DNA from: Spirochaetia bacterium
GTDB lineage: Bacteria; Spirochaetota; Spirochaetia; CADAEX01
Assembly: GCA_963662265.2 (NCBI GenBank)
Contig: CAXXHA010000010.1
Location: 1 to 64,000, forward strand
Reading direction: 5' to 3'
Length of the DNA stretch: 64,000 bases
In this document: piece by piece, positions 30,593 to 40,666 of the stretch
How positions within the stretch are numbered: position 1 is the stretch's first letter
Layout: every line of letters begins with the position of its first letter
The notes under the pieces: model-generated
Seen by the model: the letters and a program-made list of their open reading frames with translations, nothing else
Databases searched by the model: none
Told to the model about the DNA's origin: nothing
Translations under genes and position numbers: made by a program

Positions 30593-31612
30593 ATGCCAGA
30601 GTCAAAAACAATAAAAAAAACAGCAGACATGGTCTGTAAAATTATATTAGCCGTTATTTCCGCATATTACATATACCTGGCTGCAAAAAGTGGAATACTG
30701 ATAAACGAAATAGTTCAGAAATTTTTCGCATTATTTACAGTAATAATTATAGAAGGGTTCCCGTTCATACTTATAGGTTCATTTATATCTGCAGTGATAA
30801 ATTCATATGTATCGGAAGACCTTATCTTCAGAATCATGGGAAGGAACAGCATATTAAGCATATTTGCAGCATCATTAACCGGGCTCCTGTTCCCGGTGTG
30901 CGAATGCGGAATTGTTTCTGTAATAAAAAAACTCACACACAAGAAACTGCCTCTCCACCTCGCTGTTACTATCATGGTTTCTGTTCCGATAATTAACCCG
31001 ATTGTTATCCTGACAACTTTTCTTGCGTTTTACGGAAGGGCCGACATAGTAATTTCAAGAATTGTATCAGGAATACTGATTTCAAATTTAACAGGTATCA
31101 TTACATTCATAAGATATAAAAACACAGCCAGTTTCTTAACAGAAAATGATCATCACAGCCATGAAGGATGTTCCTGCCATTCATGCCGGGCAGCAAGCAG
31201 GGCCCCTGCAGAGAATATTTTTTCATGCATAGATCATGCACTTATCGAGCTTTATTCAATAGGAAGATATTTTATTACAGGATCATTTATCGCAGCTCTG
31301 ATACGGACATGCATCCCTGTGTCTATGATTTCCATGTTCTCGGAAAACAATACAGCTTCAATACTGCTCATGCTTTTTCTTGCATTCAGCATGTCTGTAT
31401 GTTCAGAATCAGATGCGTTTATTGCCAGGAAATTCTCAGGGATTTTCCCGGACAGTTCCATAGTCGGTTTTCTTGTACTTGGTCCAATGCTGGATTTAAA
31501 AAACACAATAATGCTGCTGAATGCTTTTAAAAAGGAAGTTGTAATATTTCTGATTATTACAATCACATCACTGTGCTTTCTGAATTCCCTGATATTATCA
31601 TTAATACTCTGA
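30593..31612 (+). CDS. DUF318-family permease (YcgR-like)
   Basis: IEGFPFILIG, FPVCECG, PIINP, His/Cys loop HHSHEGCSCHSC, SVCSESDAFIA, GPMLDLKN. Confidence 0.88.
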   Translation: MPESKTIKKTADMVCKIILAVISAYYIYLAAKSGILINEIVQKFFALFTVIIIEGFPFILIGSFISAVINSYVSEDLIFRIMGRNSILSIFAASLTGLLFPVCECGIVSVIKKLTHKKLPLHLAVTIMVSVPIINPIVILTTFLAFYGRADIVISRIVSGILISNLTGIITFIRYKNTASFLTENDHHSHEGCSCHSCRAASRAPAENIFSCIDHALIELYSIGRYFITGSFIAALIRTCIPVSMISMFSENNTASILLMLFLAFSMSVCSESDAFIARKFSGIFPDSSIVGFLVLGPMLDLKNTIMLLNAFKKEVVIFLIITITSLCFLNSLILSLIL

Positions 31613-31619
31613 GGCTGCC

Positions 31620-32405
31620 GTGAAGAAAACAAGAATACTGAATATAACCTGGCTTCTGATAATTGCATCTTATGCTTCTTTATTAATATATGTATTAATT
31701 TCGGAAAAAATATCCACATTATTTCATCCCAGGAACTATCCTTTCTTTTTAACAGCCCTGTTTTTGCTTTTTCTGATGCTGTACAGGCAATGCTGTAATA
31801 TTTTCATTTTAAAAAAACGGGGAAACTTCAACTACTCTATATTTATTTTTCTGATACCACTGATTACTTCCTCATCTGTCTTTTTGTTCAGCAGGAGCAA
31901 TATCACGAGCCTGGTGCGAAGCCAGAACACTATTTATCCTGTTTCAGATTCAACTCCAGTAAAAAGTGATTCAAAACCTACAATTCCTGAAGAGATTAAG
32001 ATGACAGAGGAAAACTATTTCTACTTCTACAACAGGATCTCTGAAAACCTTGATAAGCTGACAGGAAAGAAAATAGAAGTTTCAGGCTATGTTTTCAGGG
32101 AAGAAAACTATGAAAAAACAGAACTTGTTGTTGCAAGGGATCTTATGTGGTGCTGTGCCGCAGATATTGCAGTAATAGGGTTTTATTGTGAAGTTGAGAA
32201 CCCGGATTCGTTCAAGGAAAATGAATGGATAAATGTCACAGGCATACTGGATAAACACCTGTACCATAATGAGGATCTTGATAAGGATTATTATATTGCA
32301 TCGGTAAAAATTGAGAGTGCAGAAAAAATAAATCCCCCGGTGAATGAATATATATACCCTTTCTCAGGGTTTCTTAATAATGACACAGATAGAGGCAGTG
32401 ACTGA
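31620..32405 (+). CDS. TIGR03943/DUF1980 (YcgQ-like) putative permease subunit
   Basis: GTG start, three TM segments, FHPR, GKKIEVSGYV, ARDLMWCCAAD, P..EYIYP. Confidence 0.85.
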   Translation: MKKTRILNITWLLIIASYASLLIYVLISEKISTLFHPRNYPFFLTALFLLFLMLYRQCCNIFILKKRGNFNYSIFIFLIPLITSSSVFLFSRSNITSLVRSQNTIYPVSDSTPVKSDSKPTIPEEIKMTEENYFYFYNRISENLDKLTGKKIEVSGYVFREENYEKTELVVARDLMWCCAADIAVIGFYCEVENPDSFKENEWINVTGILDKHLYHNEDLDKDYYIASVKIESAEKINPPVNEYIYPFSGFLNNDTDRGSD

Positions 32406-32560
32406 TCATCTTCAATTTTAAAATTACCAGGTATGAGTATTCTGGTAATAAAAGGGGCTTATATGACCCGGCAAAATCCAAATACAATCCTGTCCCATGA
32501 CAAACTGGGAAAGATAATCAGAAATATTCAGGACAACAGGTTTGCATACAGAAGAGCTGC

Positions 32561-34186
32561 TTACTCAAACACACGCTCAGAAAGCCTTAGATCCTCGCAT
32601 TCACTTATTCCGGGAAGAAGAATATCCTGCTTGTTCTGAAAATTCTCCATCCGCCTGAGGATACGGTCAAGCATTTTAACAGCCTTGAGAATATACGGGC
32701 CCTTGTTAAGCATAACACACTCACATCTGTGCCCCATTGCGGCATCTGTAATTTCTGACCTTGTAGGAATCCCCTTCTTGGCAAGATTTTCAAGAACCTG
32801 GGTAGCCCAGATTACAGGAATATGTGCTGCAGCGCATGTCCTGATAATCTCCTCCTGAACCGCGGCAAAGCTTTTCCAGCCTGCCTCAACCGCAAGATCA
32901 CCCCGCGCAATCATCACACCAACAGGATATCTCTTCATGGCTGTGAGAAGAAGTTCCGGTAGGCTGCAGAACCCCTCCCTTGTTTCAATCTTCAGTATAA
33001 TCCCGGTTTCTGAATCACGCTTTTCAAGCTCCTCAATAAGGGCCTCCACATCGGAAGGCCTGTTTACAAATGAAAGGTTAACAGCATCGGCATGTTCGGC
33101 AATAAAGGCAATATCCTGCCTGTCCTTCCCGGTAAAACCTGAAAAAACATAGCCTGTTGTGGGGAAATTAATCCCCTTGTCCTGCCGGAGCTTGGCAGAT
33201 GCCCCTTTTACAGATGTAATTCCGACAACAGCACCTTCCGGGTCTGTGCTTTCAATAACCCCCTCAATCTTGCCGTCATCAAAAAAAACAGCATCACCCT
33301 GTTTTACATGATCAAGTATTTCAGGAAGAGTGCAGGATACGCAGGCGGGGGACAGGACATTTCCCTCTTTATCAAGAGAGGCATCCCTGCCAGGGACAGC
33401 TTTCCTCATAATACGAAGAGAATCACCCTCGCCCAGCCTGATAAAGTCACGGGGAGGCTTTCCGCTGCTCCCGGGTAATACCAGGTCATCAGCAGCAGGC
33501 ACACCACTGTCTCTGGAAGATTCATTCCCTGTTTTAGAAGACTTCCCTTCCCCCCTTGGAGACTTTATTACACCTGTCCTTATCTTGGGCCCAGCAAGAT
33601 CCATCATTACAGTGCATTTCCGCCCCAGCTCAGTTTCTGCCTTTTTAATGTTATCAATCATTTTTTTCCAGACTTGAGCATTGTCATGTGCGCAGTTTAT
33701 CCTGGCGCAGTTCATACCTGTCCTGATAAGATCTTTTATGAAATCATAATCCTCAGATGCGGAAGAGGGGATTGTAACCATGATGCGTGTATTTCTTTTT
33801 TCCGGCTTCCGCCCGAAAAGAACCCGTGTATTCTTTTTGAGTATCTTTCGCCCCTTTACCGCAGTAATACCTTTGAGAGATTTTCTGCCTTCGGTATCTT
33901 CGTTTAAAAAAGATGTAATCTTCCTGATTGAATCAAGACCGGACATTACATGATCTTCTATCCTGCCGAAACCGATCAGCCCGGAATCTGTTATCCTGCT
34001 CTGTATCCTGTCAAGATCGAAAGTCCTTAATGCAAGATAATGAACAAGGTTTCGCGCGCTCTTGCCGAATCTCGGATGAACCTCTTCAAGATTACTTCTG
34101 TAACGGGATTCGAGAGAAAGAGCCTTATCTATGATTTTATTTATATTTTCCCCGATATAGGAGAGTTTCTTTTCTATCTTCTTCAT
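32561..34186 (-). CDS. pyk: Pyruvate kinase, atypical form with N-terminal extension
   Basis: RIMVT, ARINCAHD, MDLAGPKIRTG, KIET, MIARGDLAVE, ATQVLE, RSEITDA, CVMLNKG. Confidence 0.88.
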   Translation of the reverse strand: MKKIEKKLSYIGENINKIIDKALSLESRYRSNLEEVHPRFGKSARNLVHYLALRTFDLDRIQSRITDSGLIGFGRIEDHVMSGLDSIRKITSFLNEDTEGRKSLKGITAVKGRKILKKNTRVLFGRKPEKRNTRIMVTIPSSASEDYDFIKDLIRTGMNCARINCAHDNAQVWKKMIDNIKKAETELGRKCTVMMDLAGPKIRTGVIKSPRGEGKSSKTGNESSRDSGVPAADDLVLPGSSGKPPRDFIRLGEGDSLRIMRKAVPGRDASLDKEGNVLSPACVSCTLPEILDHVKQGDAVFFDDGKIEGVIESTDPEGAVVGITSVKGASAKLRQDKGINFPTTGYVFSGFTGKDRQDIAFIAEHADAVNLSFVNRPSDVEALIEELEKRDSETGIILKIETREGFCSLPELLLTAMKRYPVGVMIARGDLAVEAGWKSFAAVQEEIIRTCAAAHIPVIWATQVLENLAKKGIPTRSEITDAAMGHRCECVMLNKGPYILKAVKMLDRILRRMENFQNKQDILLPGISECEDLRLSERVFE

Positions 34187-34229
34187 ATGGTTCTGCTGAT
34201 TTGAATAATAACAGAATATAAAGATATTA

Positions 34230-35366
34230 TCAGCCCTTTATAACACCCAGCGGTTCAAGCTTCACAAGAACCTTTACAAGATCTTTCTGGTTTCTCATAA
34301 CCTCATCTATATCCTTGTATGCGCTTGATGCCTCATCAAGATCTTTGGCAGACCTTATTGCATGCAGTATCCCCTTCTCATCAAGCTTCTTCTTTTCGAT
34401 ACCGAGGTCAAGCTCCTTTCTGGCAGCATGGCGGCTCATTACCCTTCCAGCCCCGTGTGAGCAGGAATAGAAACTCTCCTCGTTTCCAAGCCCTTCAACA
34501 ATAAACGAGGATGTACCCTGGGAGCCGGGAATAATGCCGGTCTCCCCCTTCCTTGCAGATGTTGCACCCTTTCGGTGTATTATTACATCCTCATAAAAGT
34601 GCCTTTCAGCTGCTGCGTAGTTATGGTGGATATTTACCTCATCCAGAAAGCTGCAGTCTGTATACTTAAGAAAAGCCTCCTTGATCCTCTCCGATATTAG
34701 CCTCCTGTTCTCCCTTGCAAAGGAGAGGGCGAAATTCATCTCTGCCATGTAGAGGCTGAAAAGCTCTGTACCGGATCTGAAAGATGAAAGGTCCTTTCCT
34801 CCTCCCCCCTTCATGTTCTCACTCTTTGCAAGTGAGTTATAGTAGTCACAGACCTGCTTGCCGAAATTCCTCGATCCGGTGTGAAGCATGAACCAGATAT
34901 GGCTGTCAGATCCTTTCTGTACCTCTATGAAATGGTTCCCGCCGCCGAGAGTCCCCAGCTGGCATTCAATATTGCTTTTTTCCTTTCTGAAAACAGGGTA
35001 AGGTTCTCCCGGTAATTTGAGTTTATTGGCAGGCGGAATTTTATGATGAGCAAAGCCCACAGGAACACTTCTTCTTATATCACTCATTATTTTTTTAAGA
35101 ACTTCCCGGTCAAGCTTTTTAAGATCTGTCTTAACCGCGCACATGCCGCAGCCTATATCAACACCCACAGCATTGGGGACAACAGCATCCTTCGCAGCAA
35201 GGACTCCCCCTATAGGCATGCCGAATCCTGTATGGCAGTCTGGCATTACAGCAATGTGATGAAACGCGAAAGGGAGCTCTGAAAGATTATATGCCTGCTG
35301 GAGGGCCGAGTCCTCTATGCTGTCTGTCCAGATTTTTATCGGGATTCCGTTTCTCTTATCAACTAT
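34230..35366 (-). CDS. rtcB: RNA ligase RtcB family; probable non-canonical start upstream of the called ORF
   Basis: MPDCHTGFGMPIGG, AVGVDIGCGM, LGTLGGGNHFIE, HHNY, HRKGAT, SCSHGAGR, DEASSAYKDI. RtcB-like sequence continues 40 codons upstream of ATG 35246 to ATA 35366. Confidence 0.9.
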   Translation of the reverse strand: MVDKRNGIPIKIWTDSIEDSALQQAYNLSELPFAFHHIAVMPDCHTGFGMPIGGVLAAKDAVVPNAVGVDIGCGMCAVKTDLKKLDREVLKKIMSDIRRSVPVGFAHHKIPPANKLKLPGEPYPVFRKEKSNIECQLGTLGGGNHFIEVQKGSDSHIWFMLHTGSRNFGKQVCDYYNSLAKSENMKGGGGKDLSSFRSGTELFSLYMAEMNFALSFARENRRLISERIKEAFLKYTDCSFLDEVNIHHNYAAAERHFYEDVIIHRKGATSARKGETGIIPGSQGTSSFIVEGLGNEESFYSCSHGAGRVMSRHAARKELDLGIEKKKLDEKGILHAIRSAKDLDEASSAYKDIDEVMRNQKDLVKVLVKLEPLGVIKG

Positions 35367-35624
35367 AAAAGGCGCTGCCTCCGGGAATAAACAATTTACA
35401 ATGCACTTAATAATTCAGACATATATAAAGACAGAATAAATTTCTTTCTTTAATTAATTATACAACAGAAAGAGATGATTGACCCACACAGGGAATATTC
35501 TAACCTCTAAATAGAATCGCCATTCTTCATTTTTAACAGTAATTATTATTATTTAAAACATTTTTGAAGAATATTGCTCTCAGTAAGATTATTTGCAGCG
35601 TCAACAACATACAAAAACTTATTT

Positions 35625-35987
35625 TTACAGTAATACAAAATATTTTCCAAACCTCCTGAATAACAGGATACCTGTAAACCCCATCAGGAGATCCATGAAA
35701 CTGAAAGTTCTGGATGGGAATAATATCTGGGAAAACTCTTCCGCAATTATCAGAATCGATGTAAGCAGGAAAGATAAGGAAATATTCTTTTTCATGATAT
35801 ACACCTCTTTTTTATATAAAAAATAATCAAGTAAGATGTAGAAAAATCCATATAAAACAGCATGAGCCAGCCAGTCATAATGAGGTATTCCGGATAAAAG
35901 AAAGAGAGGCAGCCTGCCGATATCTGCCAGTATAATGACCAATACAATCAGAAAACAATAGGGGATAAATATAAATGCTTTTTTCAT
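35625..35987 (-). CDS. VanZ-like membrane protein
   Basis: IPHYDWLAHAVLYG, AEEFSQILFPSRTFSFMDL. Confidence 0.8.
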   Translation of the reverse strand: MKKAFIFIPYCFLIVLVIILADIGRLPLFLLSGIPHYDWLAHAVLYGFFYILLDYFLYKKEVYIMKKNISLSFLLTSILIIAEEFSQILFPSRTFSFMDLLMGFTGILLFRRFGKYFVLL

Positions 35988-36135
35988 AATCACTCCATGT
36001 TTCATAAATACAGAATTTATTTATTGCAATATATAATAAGCAGCACTTTATTATTTTACATAAAGAACAGCGTATCCTAAAAACCAGGCGGGGGGATAAA
36101 GCCTTACTGACTGGAACAAACACCCCCCGTAGTTT

Positions 36136-37485
36136 TCAGCAGTTCTTATTTCCCGGACCGATTTCATACCAGTTTATTCTTCTTGTCAGCACCATAATTA
36201 CCGCAAGTATTATAAAAAGGCCAAGCGATCCGATCAGCAGCGCCATATCTTCCGAAGCAAGAGCCATATAAAGGTAGAGGTAGAGCAGAGTATTCAAAAA
36301 AGCCATAACAGCTCCTTTCTGAGCGCTTCGAAGGACTGCTCCTGTATAAAATGATACAAGCGCTGCCGATGCTCCTGCAGATGCCATGTAGGCAAGGAAA
36401 AAAGCTATATGTTCAGAAAGGGAAATGAGCAGAAGAAAAAACATGCAGACCGACAAACCTATCATGATGTACTGAAGGGGATGAAGTTTTTTCACAGTAA
36501 TTACTTCAAACAGGAAAAGAATAATGAAGGGGAGAAAAATAAACAGAAAACAGTACTTCATAGCCCTGTGACTCATGTAATAGCTGTCTACCGGTGTAAT
36601 AAAGTTTACACCAAATCCGCTGTCATAAATATAATTCCAGTCATAGTTATTTTCCATCCCGCTCTGGGGATAGTTTCTTGCAAGAGCACCGACATTCCAT
36701 TGGGCAGTAAACCCGTTTTTATCAATATCTCTTTCTGTTGGAATAAAAGATCCCGAGAATTCCGGGCTGATCCAGTCGGAGCTGACTGATACAGATGTTT
36801 CCCTACCCAGAGGAAAGAAGGTTAGAGCACCGCCTCCCTTTAAGCTGACAGACATTTTAAAATCAGCTTTCTCAGAACCATTGAAAGGAACAGATGCGCT
36901 TATACCTGCAGGAAATATTGATGTCCCTGATGTTCCTCCCTGGAAAGCGAATTTTTCCCCGTTCCAGTCCAGATCAACAGACTGGCTGAGTCCTTTTATA
37001 TCTCCCAGGCCGAGAATTATTCTGGCTTCTTTCCAGATAACTTCCCCCCTGTCAGCCTTCCACACCTCATCAATATTTTTTCCGAAATTCCCTTCGATTG
37101 TAAAACTGCCCTTATAGAGCTCAATCTCAAAAATTCCCTTTTCTCTTGTATGTGACTCAAGAATACCGTCAACTTTCAGATCATCGGGGAGAATATAGAG
37201 AAACTGCCTTGATAGGCGAAGAACATCCTTACCATCTATATATTCTATCTCTTTTTTTTCTACCGGTATTGCCAGAACCGGTCCTGCAATATGCTGCCGT
37301 CCGCCCCATTGATTTATAACAGCGTACTCAGCATTTTCCTTTCTGTTTTCACGCTCTCTTACAAGATTACTTATTGCCGAAGCCGGAAGAAGAAGCAGAG
37401 CTGCTATAACCAGAGTTACCATCAGTTTTGCCATAGGGCTGTTTCCCTTTAATTTAACCCTGTTAATTATTTTGTTATCACCCAT
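36136..37485 (-). CDS. creD: Inner membrane protein CreD
   Basis: LVRERE, WGGRQHIAGPVL, F.G.F.P, LHPLQYIMIGL, LLISLSEH, VMVLTRRINWY. Confidence 0.92.
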   Translation of the reverse strand: MGDNKIINRVKLKGNSPMAKLMVTLVIAALLLLPASAISNLVRERENRKENAEYAVINQWGGRQHIAGPVLAIPVEKKEIEYIDGKDVLRLSRQFLYILPDDLKVDGILESHTREKGIFEIELYKGSFTIEGNFGKNIDEVWKADRGEVIWKEARIILGLGDIKGLSQSVDLDWNGEKFAFQGGTSGTSIFPAGISASVPFNGSEKADFKMSVSLKGGGALTFFPLGRETSVSVSSDWISPEFSGSFIPTERDIDKNGFTAQWNVGALARNYPQSGMENNYDWNYIYDSGFGVNFITPVDSYYMSHRAMKYCFLFIFLPFIILFLFEVITVKKLHPLQYIMIGLSVCMFFLLLISLSEHIAFFLAYMASAGASAALVSFYTGAVLRSAQKGAVMAFLNTLLYLYLYMALASEDMALLIGSLGLFIILAVIMVLTRRINWYEIGPGNKNC

Positions 37486-37621
37486 ATTAACCTCTTTTTA
37501 ATTTGATATGATGAAGTATGACTCTTGCAGTTGGCAGGAAAAGGGCATAAATGTGGCAATATTGTGACATTGAAAACATCTGTCTTGGTTTTTACATGTT
37601 TCATATGATAAATTAAGATAT

Positions 37622-38317
37622 ATGAAAATATCAGTTGTTGATGATGAACCTGACTTGAGAGAAACTATCTCATATGCCCTTACCCATGAAGGGTATGACT
37701 GTGAAAGCTACAGGGACGGTCTTCATGCATGGACTGCCTTCAGTCAAAAACTTCCTGATCTTATTATTCTTGATGTATCAATGCCTCAAATGGACGGGCT
37801 TGAACTGTGCAGGAGAATCAGAAAAATATCAGAGACAGTACCTATTCTGTTTCTCTCGTCCAAGGATGATGAAATTGACCGTATTCTTGGACTGGAAATC
37901 GGCGGCGATGATTACATGTGTAAACCATTCTCAGTCCGGGAGCTGCTGGTCAGAATCAAGGTTCTTTTCAGGAGGCAGATGGCCAGGCAGGAAAATGCCA
38001 AAACAGAAGATATTTATCAGCTCGGGAACCTCATCCTTCATTACGGGAAGTATATGGCTTTCTGGAAAGATCAGTTAATTGAACTTACTGTTACAGAATT
38101 CCTCCTTCTTAAAATACTTTCTCAAAATCCCGGATTCGTTAAAACAAGAGAAGTGTTAATGAACCAGGTTTATCCCGAGGGAACCTATGTCTCTGCAAGA
38201 ACAATTGATACACACATAAAAAGACTGAGAAAAAAAATACAGAAAATGGATGAATCATTTGATGAAATTGAAACAGTTTACGGGGTGGGCTACAGATACA
38301 GGCAGCCTGCTGCATAG
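37622..38317 (+). CDS. OmpR-family response regulator (ChvI/CreB-like)
   Basis: VVDDE, LDVSMPQMDG, KPFS, RTIDTHIKRLRKK, IETVYGVGY. Confidence 0.92.
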   Translation: MKISVVDDEPDLRETISYALTHEGYDCESYRDGLHAWTAFSQKLPDLIILDVSMPQMDGLELCRRIRKISETVPILFLSSKDDEIDRILGLEIGGDDYMCKPFSVRELLVRIKVLFRRQMARQENAKTEDIYQLGNLILHYGKYMAFWKDQLIELTVTEFLLLKILSQNPGFVKTREVLMNQVYPEGTYVSARTIDTHIKRLRKKIQKMDESFDEIETVYGVGYRYRQPAA

Positions 38318-39854
38318 TATATCGCTCAGACTTCTTCTATTTAATATCCTTCTCGTTTTCCTCCCTATTGCCGCTGTTCTCTACCTTGATGTATATGAGG
38401 AAAAACTTCTGTTATCACAGGAAAAATCCATGGTTCAGCAGGGGCGCCTCCTTTCTGCAGCGCTCAGCAACCAGGGTGAAATTGAAAAAGAAAATGTTGA
38501 GTTTATTCTGAAAAACCTCGCAGGGAGGACAGAAACAAGGCTCAGGGTAGTTGATAATAAAGGCGTCTTACTGGCAGACACAAGCACTCTTTTTTTAACA
38601 AAGCAGCCGTCTCCGGCTCCCGCTAAAAGTAAACAACAGGAAGAAATCATGATTCATAAAGAGGATACCCTCCTTTACAGAATTGCAATTTTCCCAATCA
38701 GGGTATATAGAAAATTATTCAATCCACCGGTCTCTGTAGAAAATGAAACTTTCTACAACTCAACCGAACCTCTCATGGGTAAGGAGATCCAGGCAGCGCT
38801 TGAAGGAAAATACGGAGCTGTTACAAGATTATCAAGGGGAGGACAGAGATCTGTTACCCTCTATACTGCAATACCTGTTTTTAACGGAGATGAAGTTACA
38901 GGCGCTGTTTTAAGCAGTCAATCGACATACAGAATACTCAAGGATTTATATGAAGTCCGTTTATTTATTGTAAAGATATTTATAGCCTCATTGACAGCTG
39001 CACTCTGTATAAGCCTGTTCTTATCCAGAACAATTTCTTTCAGAATAAAAAAACTCAGAAAAGAGGCTCAATCAATAACAACAGGAAGAGGCAGGATTAA
39101 AGGAACATTCACCTCTTTCAAATTGAAAGATGAAATCGGATTTCTCTCCTTTTCACTTAAAGATCTTACAGACCGCCTGGACCGCCATATACAGTTTATT
39201 GACAGCTTTTCACGGGATATCAGCCATGAGTTTAAAAACCCCCTGGCAGTGATCAGATCATCAGCAGAGATGATTGAAAGAACAGAAGGCAGGGAGCAGA
39301 CACGGTTTATCCAGTTGATTAATCAGAATACAGGAAGAATGGAATCACTGCTGAACGGCATTGAGGAAGTTTCAAGGCTTGATTCTTCCCTGGACAGGGA
39401 GAAAAAAGAAAAGATTGAAATATCCGATTTCTTAAACATCATACTGGAAGGTTTCAGGATTACTTTTTCCGGCAGAAACTGGATTTTTGAAAATTTCAAA
39501 CAAGGTTATTTTATCCTGGCAAATCCCGAGAGGCTCAGCCAGATTTTTGTCAATCTTTATGAAAATGCATGCTCTTTTTCCCCCCGGGACGGGAAGATTA
39601 TTACATCCATACAGAAAGAGAGGCACCAGCTTAAAATAACAATATTCAATGAAGGGCCTCAGCTTCCGGAAGAGGATAAAGAAAAGATATTCACCCGTTT
39701 TTACACATCAAGGGAAACTGACAAGAACAGGCATCATGGCCTGGGTCTTTCAATTGTAAAAACCATTGTTGAAAGTTACGGAGGCACAGTTTCCGGAGAA
39801 AACTCCCCTGGTGGTGTATCTTTTATAATATTACTGCCGCTGTTAAAAAGCTGA
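38250..39854 (+). CDS. Sensor histidine kinase (ChvG/CreC-like)
   Basis: Two TM segments, HAMP, SHEFKNPL, NLYENA, GLGLSIV. The true start may be CTG 38307/38310 overlapping the response-regulator stop. Confidence 0.9.
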   Translation: MNHLMKLKQFTGWATDTGSLLHSISLRLLLFNILLVFLPIAAVLYLDVYEEKLLLSQEKSMVQQGRLLSAALSNQGEIEKENVEFILKNLAGRTETRLRVVDNKGVLLADTSTLFLTKQPSPAPAKSKQQEEIMIHKEDTLLYRIAIFPIRVYRKLFNPPVSVENETFYNSTEPLMGKEIQAALEGKYGAVTRLSRGGQRSVTLYTAIPVFNGDEVTGAVLSSQSTYRILKDLYEVRLFIVKIFIASLTAALCISLFLSRTISFRIKKLRKEAQSITTGRGRIKGTFTSFKLKDEIGFLSFSLKDLTDRLDRHIQFIDSFSRDISHEFKNPLAVIRSSAEMIERTEGREQTRFIQLINQNTGRMESLLNGIEEVSRLDSSLDREKKEKIEISDFLNIILEGFRITFSGRNWIFENFKQGYFILANPERLSQIFVNLYENACSFSPRDGKIITSIQKERHQLKITIFNEGPQLPEEDKEKIFTRFYTSRETDKNRHHGLGLSIVKTIVESYGGTVSGENSPGGVSFIILLPLLKS

Positions 39855-39991
39855 ACAAATCAAACTGGCTGCTGAGTATTCTGAGATACCAGCTATTGTA
39901 AAATTACTCCCTGTATCAGGCTTTAAAACGTGGAAGAATATCCCATGATACATATTTAAAGAATCTTAGTTATACCGATAAAACTTGTTTT

Positions 39992-40666
39992 TTATTCTCG
40001 CATTAAATATATTACTTGTTTTCGAAACCAGGATCTTGGAGCCATTTTTCGATAATAGTTCACAATTAAATGAAATGAACATTTACCAAGTTTTTTCCCG
40101 CATCCACATGGACAAACCTTTTTATTTCCAACTCTTTTCTTAAGTCCCATAAGCCGAAATGCCTGGATAATTTGATAATCTTCTTCTAAACCTAATAGTA
40201 AAGAATAGTCATCCAAAGCTCCGGAATTCCCGTGGTCCAGTTCTCCGAACATAAAATCATCACCGTACTTTAATTTAACAGAGACAGCATAAAAGTAAGG
40301 GATTAAACATCTCTCTGCAAAAACAACCAGATCAGGAGAATTATTCACTATCGATAATAGACGGAGAGGAGATCCGAGACAGAGTGAACCGTCAGGATTT
40401 ACGTGAAAATCACCATTCTTAGGAATCCTCCCTTTTGTTTCTTTTACTACCGGAACTACTTGAGGAAAACCATAAGGAACTAAAAGTTCAATATTAAATT
40501 GGTCACAAATAGTTCCTCTGTTGTTTGTATCTGCAGTAAAACTAAATATTCCTCGAAGGTATATACCCAATTCAGATGATGGAGCAGTGGACATGCCCGG
40601 ATATTCGGAGAGAAATTTTTCTATTCCAAATTGTTTAGACTTTTCAAGCACATTTATACTCGCCAT
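39992..40666 (-). CDS. CBASS-associated prokaryotic E2-like protein with C-terminal SEC-C-type motif
   Basis: IELLVPYGFPQVVPVVKE and FHVNPDGSLCLG (UBC-like HxNxxGxxC), CPCGCGKKLGKC; overlaps the CD-NTase 3' end. Confidence 0.8.
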   Translation of the reverse strand: MASINVLEKSKQFGIEKFLSEYPGMSTAPSSELGIYLRGIFSFTADTNNRGTICDQFNIELLVPYGFPQVVPVVKETKGRIPKNGDFHVNPDGSLCLGSPLRLLSIVNNSPDLVVFAERCLIPYFYAVSVKLKYGDDFMFGELDHGNSGALDDYSLLLGLEEDYQIIQAFRLMGLKKRVGNKKVCPCGCGKKLGKCSFHLIVNYYRKMAPRSWFRKQVIYLMRE

